Origin: Camelus ferus
Taxonomy: Eukaryota
Direction of reading: 5' to 3'
DNA length: 64,000 bases
Assembly (NCBI RefSeq): GCF_009834535.1
Contig: NC_045697.1
Location: 68,264,001-68,328,000, forward strand
Both the position numbers and the translations under genes were made by a program. The notes beneath the pieces are model-generated. The model had not been told where the DNA came from and did not search any database. It worked only from the letters and a program-made list of their open reading frames with translations. Shown here in pieces: positions 11,791 through 23,480 of this stretch; position 1 is the first letter of the stretch, and each line of letters starts with the position of its first letter.

Positions 11791-12485
11791 AGTAACTTAC
11801 GATTTGCTGAAACTGTGCCTGAATGACACAGGGCTTTCTTTCTTCAGAGGTGAAGAAGTTTACTTGTGTCACAGTGTTCTTTGCCCTACCTGGGGTGTGT
11901 TTTTCATGGATTGTTTCACTAAAATTTCCTTTGAGATGTTTAAGAAGAACTAGCAGACTTACTGTGAAAGACTCTCCAACAGAAACTAAAAATGGCACTG
12001 ACAACAGCGTTTGCATTGGTCACTGGCACCTTCAGAGCTTTTGAGAATGGCAGTAGGCACCCAATGTGCAGATATTTGCTTCTTCAAACTCAGGCATGAG
12101 CAGCCACCATTAAGATACGTACAGAATGACTGTGGACACTGACTTTTTATCACAGGGCCTCAGCAGTGCTGGTAGAACTTTGGGTAGCTAGTGTCCACAT
12201 CACAGCAGCACTTTCAGTGACCGTTGCCAATGCTGTTGCTACTTTCACTATCAGCGGCAACAGAGTACATTCACATGCAAGATAGAAGAAGAAGCGAGGA
12301 AACTGAGAAGTTATGTGGAAGACTGGGGGACTGGTGTGTGGAAATTATCAGAGGCTTTAAAGAGGAATCTGAGGGTTTTTTTAAGACGGTGAGAGAAAGA
12401 GCTAGAAAGGCATTTTATGTTTTATGCTTATAATTATGATCAAATTTATTTTAGAAATAAAGAATGAAATGATCTAGAAATCCTC

Positions 12486-12498
12486 GTGTATGTGTGTA

Positions 12499-12545
<47 letters not shown>
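12486..12545. repeat. (TG)n microsatellite, perfect (TG)20 at 12505-12544
   Basis: Read directly from the sequence. Confidence 0.97.
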
Positions 12546-12546
<1 letters not shown>

Positions 12547-12599
12547 CATGTACCCTTCATAGCGAACACAGCAAATTCAAGGTTTTCGTCCAGTTATAC

Positions 12600-12785
12600 T
12601 TCTGTAAGTCCTGGGAGTCTCTTTAATTCCTGAAGCTTTCAAAGACTATTTTATCATTTTAATTGAAGATATCAATACTTCCCTGCTTGCCTCACATTCT
12701 TGTTGTAAGAATAAAACAGGGCAACGCTTACAAAAGTGCTTGATGAATTGTAAAATGCTTTACAAATATAAGAATTATTATTTTC
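12600..12785 (+). mobile_element. MIR/MIR3 SINE
   Basis: Tail cctgcttgcctcacattcttgttgtaagaataaaa...aaaagtgctt...tgtaaaatgctttacaaatataagaattattatt. Confidence 0.65.
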
Positions 12786-12799
12786 CAAATGTGGTGAAT

Positions 12800-13420
12800 A
12801 ATGTATTGAATAGTTTTGTAACGAGGAACAAACATGCAATCAAAACAGCTTCAGAATAATGGAATGGCATTTTCTGAATACAGCAAGATCATGGATCTCA
12901 AAGTCCATGAACCAGGCCTCAGAACCAGGCCTCATGTGAGTAGGAACTAGACATGGAAACATTAAGTATGAAAGCTCTTCTGTCACTTCTCTAGAGTCAC
13001 AGGATTTCTTTTAGTGCTCTGCTTTCTATAAGTCTATCCCATTTATCTCTCTGCTGTTTTTCTCCCTCATAACCTCTTGTTACAATGCCTCATACTTGCC
13101 TCTGCAGTTTTTACTTTATTTTTTCTCTTTTTTTTTAAACTCAAGCACACACTTACCACTGTAACTCCCTCCTGTCTATCTTTAAAATTTCTGAGATAGG
13201 GATCTGATTGAACTTGCTCTTCAAGATGAAAAAAGCCACATAAATCATGAGCTATCAGTCAGTCTGTCCATTAGCTCCACTTAAATCGGAGTTCCTCAGT
13301 GGTCCTATCATCTGTAACTGGAGCCAAGATGCCCCCTGCCTACTTGCAGTAGCTACAGTGAGAGGCAAGTTCTTTGAGAAGAGGTTAGGATAGAGCATAA
13401 AATTTACAACACAGATAAAG
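12800..13420 (-). mobile_element. Highly decayed MaLR (MLT1-type) LTR
   Basis: Weak MLT1-like motifs (ccaggcctcagaacc; gagatagggatctgattg; tggtcctatcatctgt). Confidence 0.4.
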
Positions 13421-13454
13421 CAAAACTGCTGCTAGATCACTTGTGTGATCTAGA

Positions 13455-13760
13455 GGTTCTGTCTGGGCTGCCGTAACAAAAATACTATAGGCTGAGTGGC
13501 TTAACCAAGAATTTATTTTTCATAGCTCTGGAAGCTGAGATCAAGGCACCAGAGGATTTGGAGTCTGCTGAAGTCCAGCTTCCTGGATCGTTGATGACTG
13601 TCTGGATTCTTTTTTATATAAAGGCACTAATCCCATTCATGGAGTTACACCCTCATGCCCTAATCACCTCTAAAAAGTCCTGCTCCCTAATACTATCACA
13701 TTGGGGGTTAGGATTTCAACATACGAATTTTGGGACAACACAAACATTCAGTTCATAACA
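13455..13760 (-). mobile_element. MaLR solo LTR (MLT1A-like) with internal deletion
   Basis: tgggctgccgtaacaaaaatac...aaggcactaatcccattcatggag...taatcacctc...atcacattgggggttaggatttcaacatacgaattttggg...caaacattcagttcataaca. Confidence 0.9.
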
Positions 13761-15739
13761 AGAGAGTAGCAATGAAGTAACATGAAAGCACTGGATACTG
13801 GGCACAGTTGTTACAGTTATAGACGAAAAGCACAGGCAAAGAAAGTTTAGAGAAAAGAAAGAACAGTTTCACCAACTTTAGAATTTTGACTAGGTCTGCC
13901 TCTGAGTATTACCATTTCTACTGAATATTTAGTTACTTTTAATGACATAATGAATGGGTATACTGATGTAGGGAAATGAAACATAAACTAAAATACAAGT
14001 TTTTAATATGATTTTATAAAGTTTTATAGGACTTCAATGTGGTATCAGATTTGCCTAACTAATTATGTTCTATTAAAGTGCATCTGCATTTCTTGAGCAT
14101 ACACATTAATAACCTTATGGAACCCACACTTTTTTTTTTGGTGCATAGAACAAACATTCACACAGAGGTGACTAGCATTACAATGCAATTAAAGTGACAT
14201 TTGATGGAAGATGCCAAAAAACTTACACATGATTTTATTTTCTGACAAGAATTTAACATTAAGATTTCTTTTTCTTATTTTTGCTTCTTCTTTTCTGCAA
14301 TAGTCTTGCCTTTCTTGTCCCTGAGGCATTTTGATTGAAGAGAATTTGCCTTGTTGCTTTGCACGTTTAAGTGGAAACCAGGTCCCATTGATTACTTTGG
14401 GTTGACAAATGATACAAGTGTTAGTTATCCTTTCTGTCTCTGTGTGTGAAGCCCAGATGCCTTATGTCATTGTACAAAACTGCATATGAAATCAATAAAC
14501 TCAGGGAAAATGGCTATAAAACCACAATTCTTTAAGTCAAGGGAAAGTAAATTGCTTGTGCTGCCCAGATAGTTTGGAATTTGTTGCCTGTTTCCATAAG
14601 AGAGATTTTCTTTCCAATAACTTCAGGCTCAGGAATTATAGTTAGTCACCATAAGCCTAAAAGTCTGATGCATTAATCTTTATATGTGTTCCTTTCCATT
14701 GCATCTTGCCTTATTTATGGAAATCATTTTGCTAGAGTAATACCATAAACTATACAACTTGTTTTCATGAGGAATTGAAGTTTTAAAAAATAGATCAAAA
14801 TAAAACTAGTGATGAAATACCATTTGAAAAGTACCCTGAAGAAATTACTATTTATTGGTTTTGATAAATACTTCCCAGATTTTCTTCGAGATTGAAAATT
14901 TGGCTGTGTTTTTAAATCATCACTTAACACTCTAGTGATTTTTTTGAAGTATAATATTTTGGATCATCACTTTTTTTGTTCTAATTCTGGACTTATCCAA
15001 TGGTTTTTATCTTGTACCACTTATTCTTCATAAAGCAACACCTATGAGAGCTTATCATAAAACAGAGCATGTGCATGTGATAGGAAAGGTTTTCAAAATT
15101 ATATTCTTTCCAAAATCTTCAAAAAAGAAAAAAAAAACAGTATCTAATTGAAGTTGTGATTGTAAAAATGCTATTCACACAAATATGAACTTGTTTTATT
15201 AAAATTTCAAATGTAAAAACTCTCAGAGCAATAAATGCTTTGATCAGTGTCTTGGTGGTGTCACTAATACATCTCCAGTTGCTGTAAATGTCTTCTCACT
15301 AAGATGTCCATTGTTCTAACCACCTCAGCATATGGACTTGGCAATATGAATTTTAATTAAAACACACTGAGTAACTCTCATGAGTGAAGAAACTAATCCA
15401 TATTGGCCTGGGACCCAGGCCATAAACTTTTCTATCAAGTGGCAGATCAATGTGCCTGATAGTCATCTTATTATTAATAGATAGTTGTAATCTTATTATT
15501 AATATTATTAACTTAATAAGTTAAAACTAATTTTATTTGTATAATTGCTATCAAATGTATTATCAATTATTTACTGATATTTAAAGATGAATTCACAGTT
15601 TTTGAAAGAAAGCTATTAATAGACGCAGGAATCCAGAGACCCACACATTCAGAAATAACCCCGGTTATTAAATAAGAAAAAAGTAGCAATAATCTAGATT
15701 GTTAATTCTAACAAATTTTAGCTAAAAACAATAATTTAC

Positions 15740-15965
15740 ATTTATTTACAGCTTACTAAATTCCTAGCATACTATGAATTTTTTACAACCATCTTTTCGT
15801 TTAATCTTTACAGTAATTCTATACGGTAGGTATAGATATCTCCATTTTACAGGTAACAAAATGAAAGAACAAAAAATTAAGTTTATTACTTAAGGATTTA
15901 CAGCTAAGAAGTGGCAAATCCAGGATTTAGAGCTAATTTATCTAATATTCAGAGCCCAGGCTTAC
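15740..15965 (-). mobile_element. MIR SINE
   Basis: tttaatctttacagtaattctatacggtaggta...ctccattttacaggtaacaaaatgaa...cagctaagaagtggcaaatccaggattt...cagagccc. Confidence 0.8.
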
Positions 15966-16181
15966 TCCTTACACTTTTCTCGAGTTAAGGAAAGCAAGTC
16001 TAGTTTATTTTGATGTATTTATTGTATATATACAGTAAAGTTAAATTCCCTGCCAATTCCATATTTGGTAAACAGAGAAGACATCTGATTCTTAAGCAAT
16101 ATTTGAGTGCACCTGATCTGCTGAGAGCAGAATAAAGAAGGCTAAATTAAATCTAGAACATTGTAACCATTCTACCCCAGC

Positions 16182-16566
16182 TGTGAAGGTTATTCTGTGT
16201 TACTGCATATCCAGTTTATGATTCTGTACCCTGCTGTTTGCCCCAAGAGTCCAGGGCTGTCTTGCCCTCTGGCTTCAAGTTGAACTTGACAAATTGAAGG
16301 AGTCAACTGAGATGATAAAGCTTAATGAAATAATATGTAGGATATTATTCAAATCCATTTCTTCTTTGTGCAGGACTCTTGTTTTGGCACTTTCTATGAT
16401 TTCAGCTTCAGTCCAGTTCTGCAAGGTACAGCCTACACTTACCACTTCAGGGACAACAATGGCTTCATCTTATCTCCAACTCTGAAAAGCATCCTTTTAT
16501 TAAATTCCCTTCAGTTATCCTTCTGAGGGTGCAACCTGTTTCTTCCTGGAATCCTAATTAGCATAT
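16182..16566 (+). mobile_element. ERVL-type LTR (LTR33-like), decayed
   Basis: The 3' end ttttattaaattcccttcagttatccttctgagggtgcaacctgtttcttcctggaatcctaattagcata resembles the LTR33-group terminus; internal cttgccctctggcttc. Confidence 0.55.
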
Positions 16567-16899
16567 AACCCTTCAGAATAAATTAGGGAGCTTCTTTCCA
16601 AGGAGTGGTTATCTGTTTTAGCTGGTATACTCATGCTGCAGAGAAAGAATAAATACAGATTTTATATGGACAGCACAAAATCTCAATATAAATCACCAAT
16701 TCTAAAGCCATACGTGCATGAATCTGATTCTGGTCAGCATCCCTAACTAACAGATGTGATTTACCCCAAGCAGAATGGCTATAGGACAATACCTTTATAT
16801 CACCTGTAGTAGTGTGCTCCACAGGAACATATTATTCTTGATGGAGATAGGGCAGGAGCAGGCAAGGACTCTTGTCAGGAGTGCTGCTGTGCCTTCTGA

Positions 16900-17300
16900 A
16901 TGGAGAGAACCCAGAAGTATTCCTCTGTAGTTGATCCTGTACTCAATGGGATTTCACATTGTAGACAGTGAGCTTGATGACAGAATTCCAATGATACTGA
17001 ACTAAGGAGTGCGAACAGCATATCCAAAGAAGATAGGAATGTCCCAAATGGCCCGAGAAACACATTCTGCAATAATATATTGAAATTTATTAAGTGAAGT
17101 TCAAGACAATATACTTAACCAGAAGGAACTCAAACTGAACAAATTCCATATGAAGAAAGCTTTTTTGTGAATAAGGAAACCAGAGAAAGCATTAGTGATG
17201 AGAATCATTCAGAAAATAATTTTTAAATGATATGCAAGATATATATTAGCTGATGCAATATCTTTAATGGGTTCTAAATTAGAATATTATAAAAATACAT
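16900..17300 (+). mobile_element. CR1/L3 LINE reverse-transcriptase remnant
   Basis: Conceptual translation NDTELRSANSISKEDR...NNILKFIK resembles CR1 RT ADDTKLGGVANTLEDR...NRMKFNK; very degenerate. Confidence 0.45.
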
Positions 17301-17380
17301 TTTGTAAGAAGCAGTATGGATAATATCTTCCCTTCAGGTGATTGCAAGGCATTCTGTGTATTAAACCTTTGGTAAAATGT

Positions 17381-17920
17381 TGTCTCAGTAATCTATTGTT
17401 ACAAATGAACCATCCCAAATTGTAGTAGCTTAAAACAACAACTCTTTATTTGTTTATGATTCAGTGAGTTGGCAGTTGGATTGGGTTCAGCTGGTAGTTC
17501 TTCTACTAGTCTCTTCTGTGTCATGCTTTCAACTACAGTCAACAGTGGCTCCAGTAAAGACAGATGGTCCAAAATAACCCAACACATGTCAGTCATGTGG
17601 TGTATTGTTGGTTGGATCTCTCTTTCTAGAGGTCACAACCTCAAGGAGCTTATCTCAGGCTTCTTTACAGGGTTGTAGCATGTTCTCAGAAGGTTAGTGC
17701 GAATCTGCAAGTACTCTTGGGATGTGGACGCAGAAGTTGCACAGCATCAATTCCACCATGTTCTGTTGATCAAAGAGTATCTCAGTGCCAGCTCAGATTC
17801 AGGCATAGTGGAAATAGTGCTAGTAGTCACAACTTGATGGAAAAAGTACTAGTAGTCACATTGCAAAGAAATATGCGTACAGATGTAAGAATTATCTGTG
17901 GCCATCTTTTGCAATGGACT
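17381..17920 (-). mobile_element. MaLR solo LTR (MLT1F/G/H-like)
   Basis: catcccaaattgtagtagcttaaaacaacaa...gggttcagctggtagttcttct...cagaagttgcacagcatcaattccaccatgttctgttgatcaaag...ccagctcagattca...gtcacattgcaaag...tggccatcttt. Confidence 0.85.
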
Positions 17921-19752
17921 GCAGATATATATGAATCAGCTTTTATTATTTTTATACATACTTGAATAGAATGTTTAATTCAATAAAGCATCAATCCTGA
18001 ATAATACCCAGTCATATAGAACTGAATATTTAGATTTTTTTCTACATGTGTCCCCAGAGATGAGGTTCATTCTAAAGTCTTTTCTCTTCCAACATATGCA
18101 AAGCTAAAACAAATCCAAGGCTATTGCTTATTATCTTATATTTGCACACCTGCATATGCTTTCTAGTTAAATGGAAAAAAAAATCCAACTAAAGACTTTA
18201 AATAAAACTACAAATTCAGGTTAAATTGTATTGATTAATTAAGGTTATCATTTTTTTAATTTCTTAAATATTTGAAGTAATTTCATGATGAGAAATTATG
18301 TTTAAAAAATGTGATCTGTAATTGAAATATATTTAATAGATTATGCATCACACTTATAGACACTTATATTTAAGGACTTTCAACTAGTTATGTTCTGTGC
18401 CCCCAGCAAACAGCATATCTTGTTCTCCAAATTGTTTCTTCCTTGCAGTCTTTGGATGGCAGTCACTGGAGCCAGAGGCTAACAGTAGAATATGTTCTAA
18501 CAACAACAACTGCTTGCATTGTAAAATTAGCCATGCATTAGTGGCTTTTGGCTTTTAGTTAGACTTTAATTGTGAAGAAATTAGATGCATGAACAGCACT
18601 AGTTGAAGGATATATTTTCTTCATAGAGGAAAATTTGTTGGGATGTTTATATGCATGAGGTTAAATAAAATCAGAGAACCACTGAAACACTTATTTCCAT
18701 GAATATTATATACTGAAAAGAATTAAATCAAATTTATGAAAAGCTCTTTTTACTGCAAAGATAATCTATATGAAGAAAATATGAGATATACATGTTGCTA
18801 TTATTGTTATATTTGTCACAGAGGCCTGACAACCAACATGTCTTTCATATTCTTGAAACCGAGCACCCTCCCTGGTGATTTCTCTTCCAACTTTACTGTG
18901 GAAGAGACTACACCTATGGCTACTCTTGGTATGGGCTTCTCTGCAAGCTTATTTCCCAGTAGGAAAAGGTGGAGAGTCCTTGGTGTAGATTATCGTGTCA
19001 CTAAGACAAAGGAAAACACTGCTGTCCGTGACAGATGTTAGCAAGTACTATAGAAAGGGATCTAAAAAGGGACAGAGACTAGGCTATGCACCTGCTGTGT
19101 CTCTTTATCTAGTGATTCTCTTTGGAATGTCCCTGAGGTTGATAGATATTCTGGGTAGATCTGGGGTCCATTTTATACATATTGTAAATTCCATTAATTC
19201 ACTTATCTGGATAGTCCTTTTAAAATATTTTCTTACCATAAATGACCCAGATAATTGCCTAGCCTATCCGCTTGATAGCCTAAGTTTAGAATCAAATATA
19301 CTTCTAAATATAATAATAATTTGTTATTGCAGTTTATATGGAAAACAGAAACTGGAATATTTTTTCTTGTTTTATTTATTTCACAGATCAGAAAGTGAGA
19401 GTCCAATTTGGTAAAGTTAGGAACTCACTATTAAATTACTTAATCAAGTTTCTCATATTTAACATTTTATTTAATACATAAAATAAAAAGTTGTACACAA
19501 ATTTGCCTTTCTAAAAATTAATTATATGTTATTGTTCATTTCATTCTCTGAGAAGGAAATATCCTTAGGAAAAAACTCAAAAAAGGTCCTCCACCCAAAT
19601 GAGAAAATATGCTAGACTTGCCTCTCCATTTTACAATACTTGCAAAACTAAATCTTGAATAGCTATGTGCCCAGATCTGATTCCAAACCAAACTTTAGTA
19701 TGTACAGTTTGAACCATTATTCAATACTAACTTGGTTTACATTTGTAATTTT

Positions 19753-20005
19753 TTTGAAATATAGTTGATTTACAACCTTGTGTTAGTTTCAGGTGTACAG
19801 CAAAGTGGTTCAGTTATATACAAATGTATATATTTCAGATTATTTTCTATTATAGGTTATTACCAGATATTGAAGATAGCTCCCTGTGTTATAGAGACCT
19901 TATTGTCTATCTTTTACATATTGTATGGTATATGTATTAATCCCAAACTCCTAATTTATTCCTTCCCCCTGCCTTTTCCTCTTTGGTAACCCTAAATTTG
20001 TTTTC
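19753..20005 (-). mobile_element. 5'-truncated young LINE-1 3' end (cetartiodactyl-type) with 15-bp TSD
   Basis: ttgaaatatagttgatttacaaccttgtgttagtttcaggtgtacagcaaagt...; TSD tacatttgtaatttt (19738-19752) / tacgtttgtaatttt (20006-20020); canonical TT/AAAA endonuclease site. Confidence 0.9.
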
Positions 20006-20389
20006 TACGTTTGTAATTTTAAAAGTAGAAATTATTTTCTTGGTGAAAATTGCTCTTATTAATTGAGTTTTAGATATAATTCTATTTACACATTAGGTTT
20101 CTAAATTTATTGATTTTTTCCCTTCTATTGGTATAAAATACTTATAGGAGAAAATAAGTTATAAAAAATAATTTGACTTCTAGAGAGAAATGTCAACTTT
20201 GTGGGATAGGAAGTAGGCAAGAAAGGACTGCAAATAAAATATAAAAATTAAAAAGTGAGCTACCCACATCCACCTTCCTGCTTCTGTTAGTTCAAGTTTT
20301 CATTCCTAAAGTGTTTTCTGAGGAAAAAATTGTTTCTTAAGAAAGTTTCAGAAACAAACAACAAACAAACCAAAATCAAACAAAAAAGA

Positions 20390-20618
20390 TACAATGGGCA
20401 ATATAATTTGGGGAAACTGTGTGTATTTTATTTCCTATTAGAGATTCAGGCATAAGTTACCACATTAGAGGTTCTGGAAAGTCTCACAGAAAAGAAACCT
20501 ATCTTACTTTAATTCAGCATTTTCCAAGTATTTTTATCATCACAGAACACCTTTTTCTCATAGCAGCTAGTAATGTCCTGAGGCATGAATGTTTCTCTGG
20601 ACACTTGAGAAATGCTGA
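20390..20618. mobile_element. hAT-Charlie non-autonomous DNA transposon remnant
   Basis: ttagagattc...cattagaggttctggaaagtc...aagaaacctatcttactttaattcagcattttccaagta...cacttgagaaatgctg terminus. Confidence 0.55.
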
Positions 20619-21096
20619 GAAGCAAGAAAACTGTCTTAGTTCGGATACTTAAAAGCTGCTCTTCCACAATAAAGTTTTTTAGAGTCTGATTATTCAGAAG
20701 CAGATTCATTTTAAAGTTGTCAAAATTTCATCCCTGGAGTGTAGAACTATTGACTGAACTTACTATTCATGCAGAACAACCCGAGAGAATAATTTTAACA
20801 AGTGCAATTAAGTCAGATGCATGAATTAATTTCGAACAACAAACTATTTTTGGAAAAGGAGCATTTGGAAAAAAAAATGTCAAAGATATCATGGTGACTT
20901 AAGTAATAATTATCCTGGATTGATTCTGAGAAAAATAATATATGTAAAAGGAAATTTAGACCATCTACTTTCAATCATCATAAAATGTATATAGTTTAGC
21001 TTTCCTTCAAGTGTCCATGGCTTTTCTTTAGAGACTCTGAAGGAGCTATTGCTAAAATTAAGAATTGCAGGTGCACCTACATAACACTGAACTTTA

Positions 21097-21350
21097 CATT
21101 CATTTCAGTAATCTATTCAAATCAGTTAACATTTACTGATTGCCTACTACGTGCCATTCCCAACGTAGGCTTTGTATCAGTTTGTTCCTTATGCTTGACT
21201 TCACATCACCTTATTTTATTTTAATATCAGCACTCAGGAGAAGTTATTCTCAGGACAGACAAGAAAGCTAAAGTTCATAGAAATTGCTTTGTCAAAAGCT
21301 TCGTAGTTGATAAGTAGTAGAGTCAAAATAAAGACCCAGGTGTTCTTGCA
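21097..21350 (-). mobile_element. L2 tail followed by MIR fragment
   Basis: cattcatt...aacatttactgattgcctactacgtgcca, then cagacaagaaagctaaagttcatagaaattgc...taagtagtagagtcaaaataaagacccaggt. Confidence 0.55.
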
Positions 21351-21419
21351 CCATCTCTAGGGATCTGTCCACACGACTGCAGTATTCTGCTAATAGGTTT
21401 CATCCTGTAAGAGATTTCA

Positions 21420-21630
21420 GGGCATTTCTGTTAAGAATGCATGCTCTGGAGACAAACTGACAAGGTACATTCTGTTGCTACCATATCATTATGTGTGACT
21501 TTGGAGACATAATTTCTTTGAATATAGTGTTATATTTATTAAGTGGGAATGACTATTAAGAAGACTGACTTAATAAATGTGTAGTACTGAGAACAGCACC
21601 TAGCACATGGTAAATATTCTCATAATGCTA
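21420..21630 (+). mobile_element. MIR SINE
   Basis: gttaagaatgcatgctctggagacaaact...atgtgtgactttgg...gaacagcacctagcacatggtaaatattctcataatgcta. Confidence 0.7.
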
Positions 21631-21829
21631 TCCAAAACAATTTTAGTAGCTTTGGCATTTTTTTTTTTACATTTGGGAATCACCTAATTATTCCTTTTTT
21701 CTTTTTTATATTGAGTTTTCAATATTTATGAAGATTATTTGTAAACATTGTTTAAAGATTCCAGAAACTGCATTTGTGTTTTCTTATTACACCTTGAAGA
21801 TTACTGACTTTGACTTCTTGTATTTATTC

Positions 21830-23480
21830 TTTTAGGATTTTCTTTCATACTTCTACAAACCTTGCAATTTATCATTATTTCTATATTTTAACACCATAAA
21901 ACTGTCACTGGACTACCAAAATGAAAGACTAGGATTTGGCTTTCTGTCATACAGCTAACTCTACATCACATATTCATGCTTCTAAATACCCCTTTATACC
22001 GATATAAACATAACAACTGGTCAGTTCTGTATTCAACTTTATGTGACCCAAATCAGTTCACACCTAAGCCATATATATAGTAATCTACGGGTAACTCTTC
22101 CTTTACTACGCAACTTTTGTTTTCCTTGGAGTTAATGATTACTTCTATCTTTCTGCTTGTTTTTCTATATACTTATCACTAATTTATCCTCCCATTTTTT
22201 TCAGTTGTATAATTCTTTTTGATGTACTGAACAACATTCAGTACAGTATTCTATGAACTTTTATCTTGAAAATCTCTTTCAGAATCTCTTTTTGTTGGGA
22301 GTTGAAGAGGAATACCTATTATCATCCTGAGGTTTTCCTTAGCTTCTCCTTTGTGCCCAAATCCATGACTTCTATGTTTTCTTCCTTGGTTTGATGAAGT
22401 ACATCCTCCCATGGCTTTCCACACCAAGTGTATTAGAGGTAAATTTTTGAGACATTGCCGGTATAAAAGTGTCTATATTTTCAAATATCATATGATATCA
22501 CTTACACATGGAGTCTAAAAAAAGGTATAAATTTTATATACAAACCAAAAATACACTCATGGACATAGAAAACAAACTATGGTTACCAAAGAGGAAAGGG
22601 AGGGCATAAATTAGGAACTTGAGATTAACAGTCACACACTACTATGTGTAAAATAGATTAACAAGGACCTACTGTATGGCACAGGGGGCTATATTCAGTT
22701 TCTTGTAATAAGCTATAATGGAAAAGAATCTGAAAGTGTGTGTGTGTGTATATACATATATATATATATACCAATTGCTTTGCTGTATGCCTGAAACTAA
22801 CATTGTAAATCAACTACACTTGAGTAAAAAATAAAATTTACAAAGTCTGTTTTTCTTCCACATTTGAGTAATAGCTTAGCTTGTTTATATCCTAGTTTGA
22901 AAGTTATTTTATACTAAAAATTTTCTATTATTTTTTAACTTCCAGTGCTGCTGCTCAAAAGGCCCAAAGAACAAAACGTTCTTCTATCTTTGATCTTTTT
23001 CGTAAGGCTTTTTTTCTCTCTCTAAAAACCTTTTCTTTGCTTCCAATGTCCTGAAATTTCACAGGAATGTGTCTTTTTTTAAACCTATTTTCATCCAATG
23101 CAGTAGCACTGGGTAATTCAATAAATATCAATTAAGCCATACTGATATAAACAAATAAAGGTATTCTTTGCATTTTTTAATTAGGACATTTTCTCAAATT
23201 ATTTTGTTATTAATTTGATAATTTCTTACTCCTCTATTAGATGCTAAATCTTTTGAAGTTCTCTTCTAATTTTCTTAACCTTTATCTTATTTTCTCTTTA
23301 ATTTTCTACCATCTGGGAAATTGTTCTAGCTTTAATCTATGAACAGTTTTATTGGGTTTTTCTACTCTCATTGTTTTAATTTTCAAGGAATATCTTTTTG
23401 TTCCATAAATACTATTTTTATAGTATTATTCTCTTATTTAACAGCTCATTATATTTTTATATCTCTCTGAGGTTATAATT
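21830..23480 (-). mobile_element. Old LINE-1 (L1ME/L1M) body fragments, interrupted by a young L1 at 22483-22841
   Basis: T-rich decayed L1 antisense sequence; colinear across the insertion (aaaagtgtctatattttc ... ttccacatttgagtaatagcttagcttg). Confidence 0.55.
22483..22841 (+). mobile_element. 5'-truncated young LINE-1 3' end (cetartiodactyl-type)
   Basis: aaatatcatatgatatcacttacacatggagtctaaaaaa...catagaaaacaaactatggttaccaaag...acaaggacctactgtatggcacaggg...ctgaaactaacattgtaaatcaactacact plus A tail; degenerate TSD around 22466-22482 / 22842-22855. Confidence 0.9.

Noticed and set aside
12156..12284. Coding exon after tttttatcacag (ASAVLVELWVASVHITAALSVTVANAV...)
   Set aside because: Unrecognised peptide with no supporting neighbouring exons; the inverted-repeat explanation is stronger.
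12909..12934. 13-bp tandem duplication gaaccaggcctca
   Set aside because: An ordinary slippage duplication inside a decayed LTR.
18995..19414. 139-aa ORF
   Set aside because: GTG start, low-complexity hydrophobic composition from AT-rich DNA and no recognised homology; only the terminal 24 nt kept as a micro-exon candidate.
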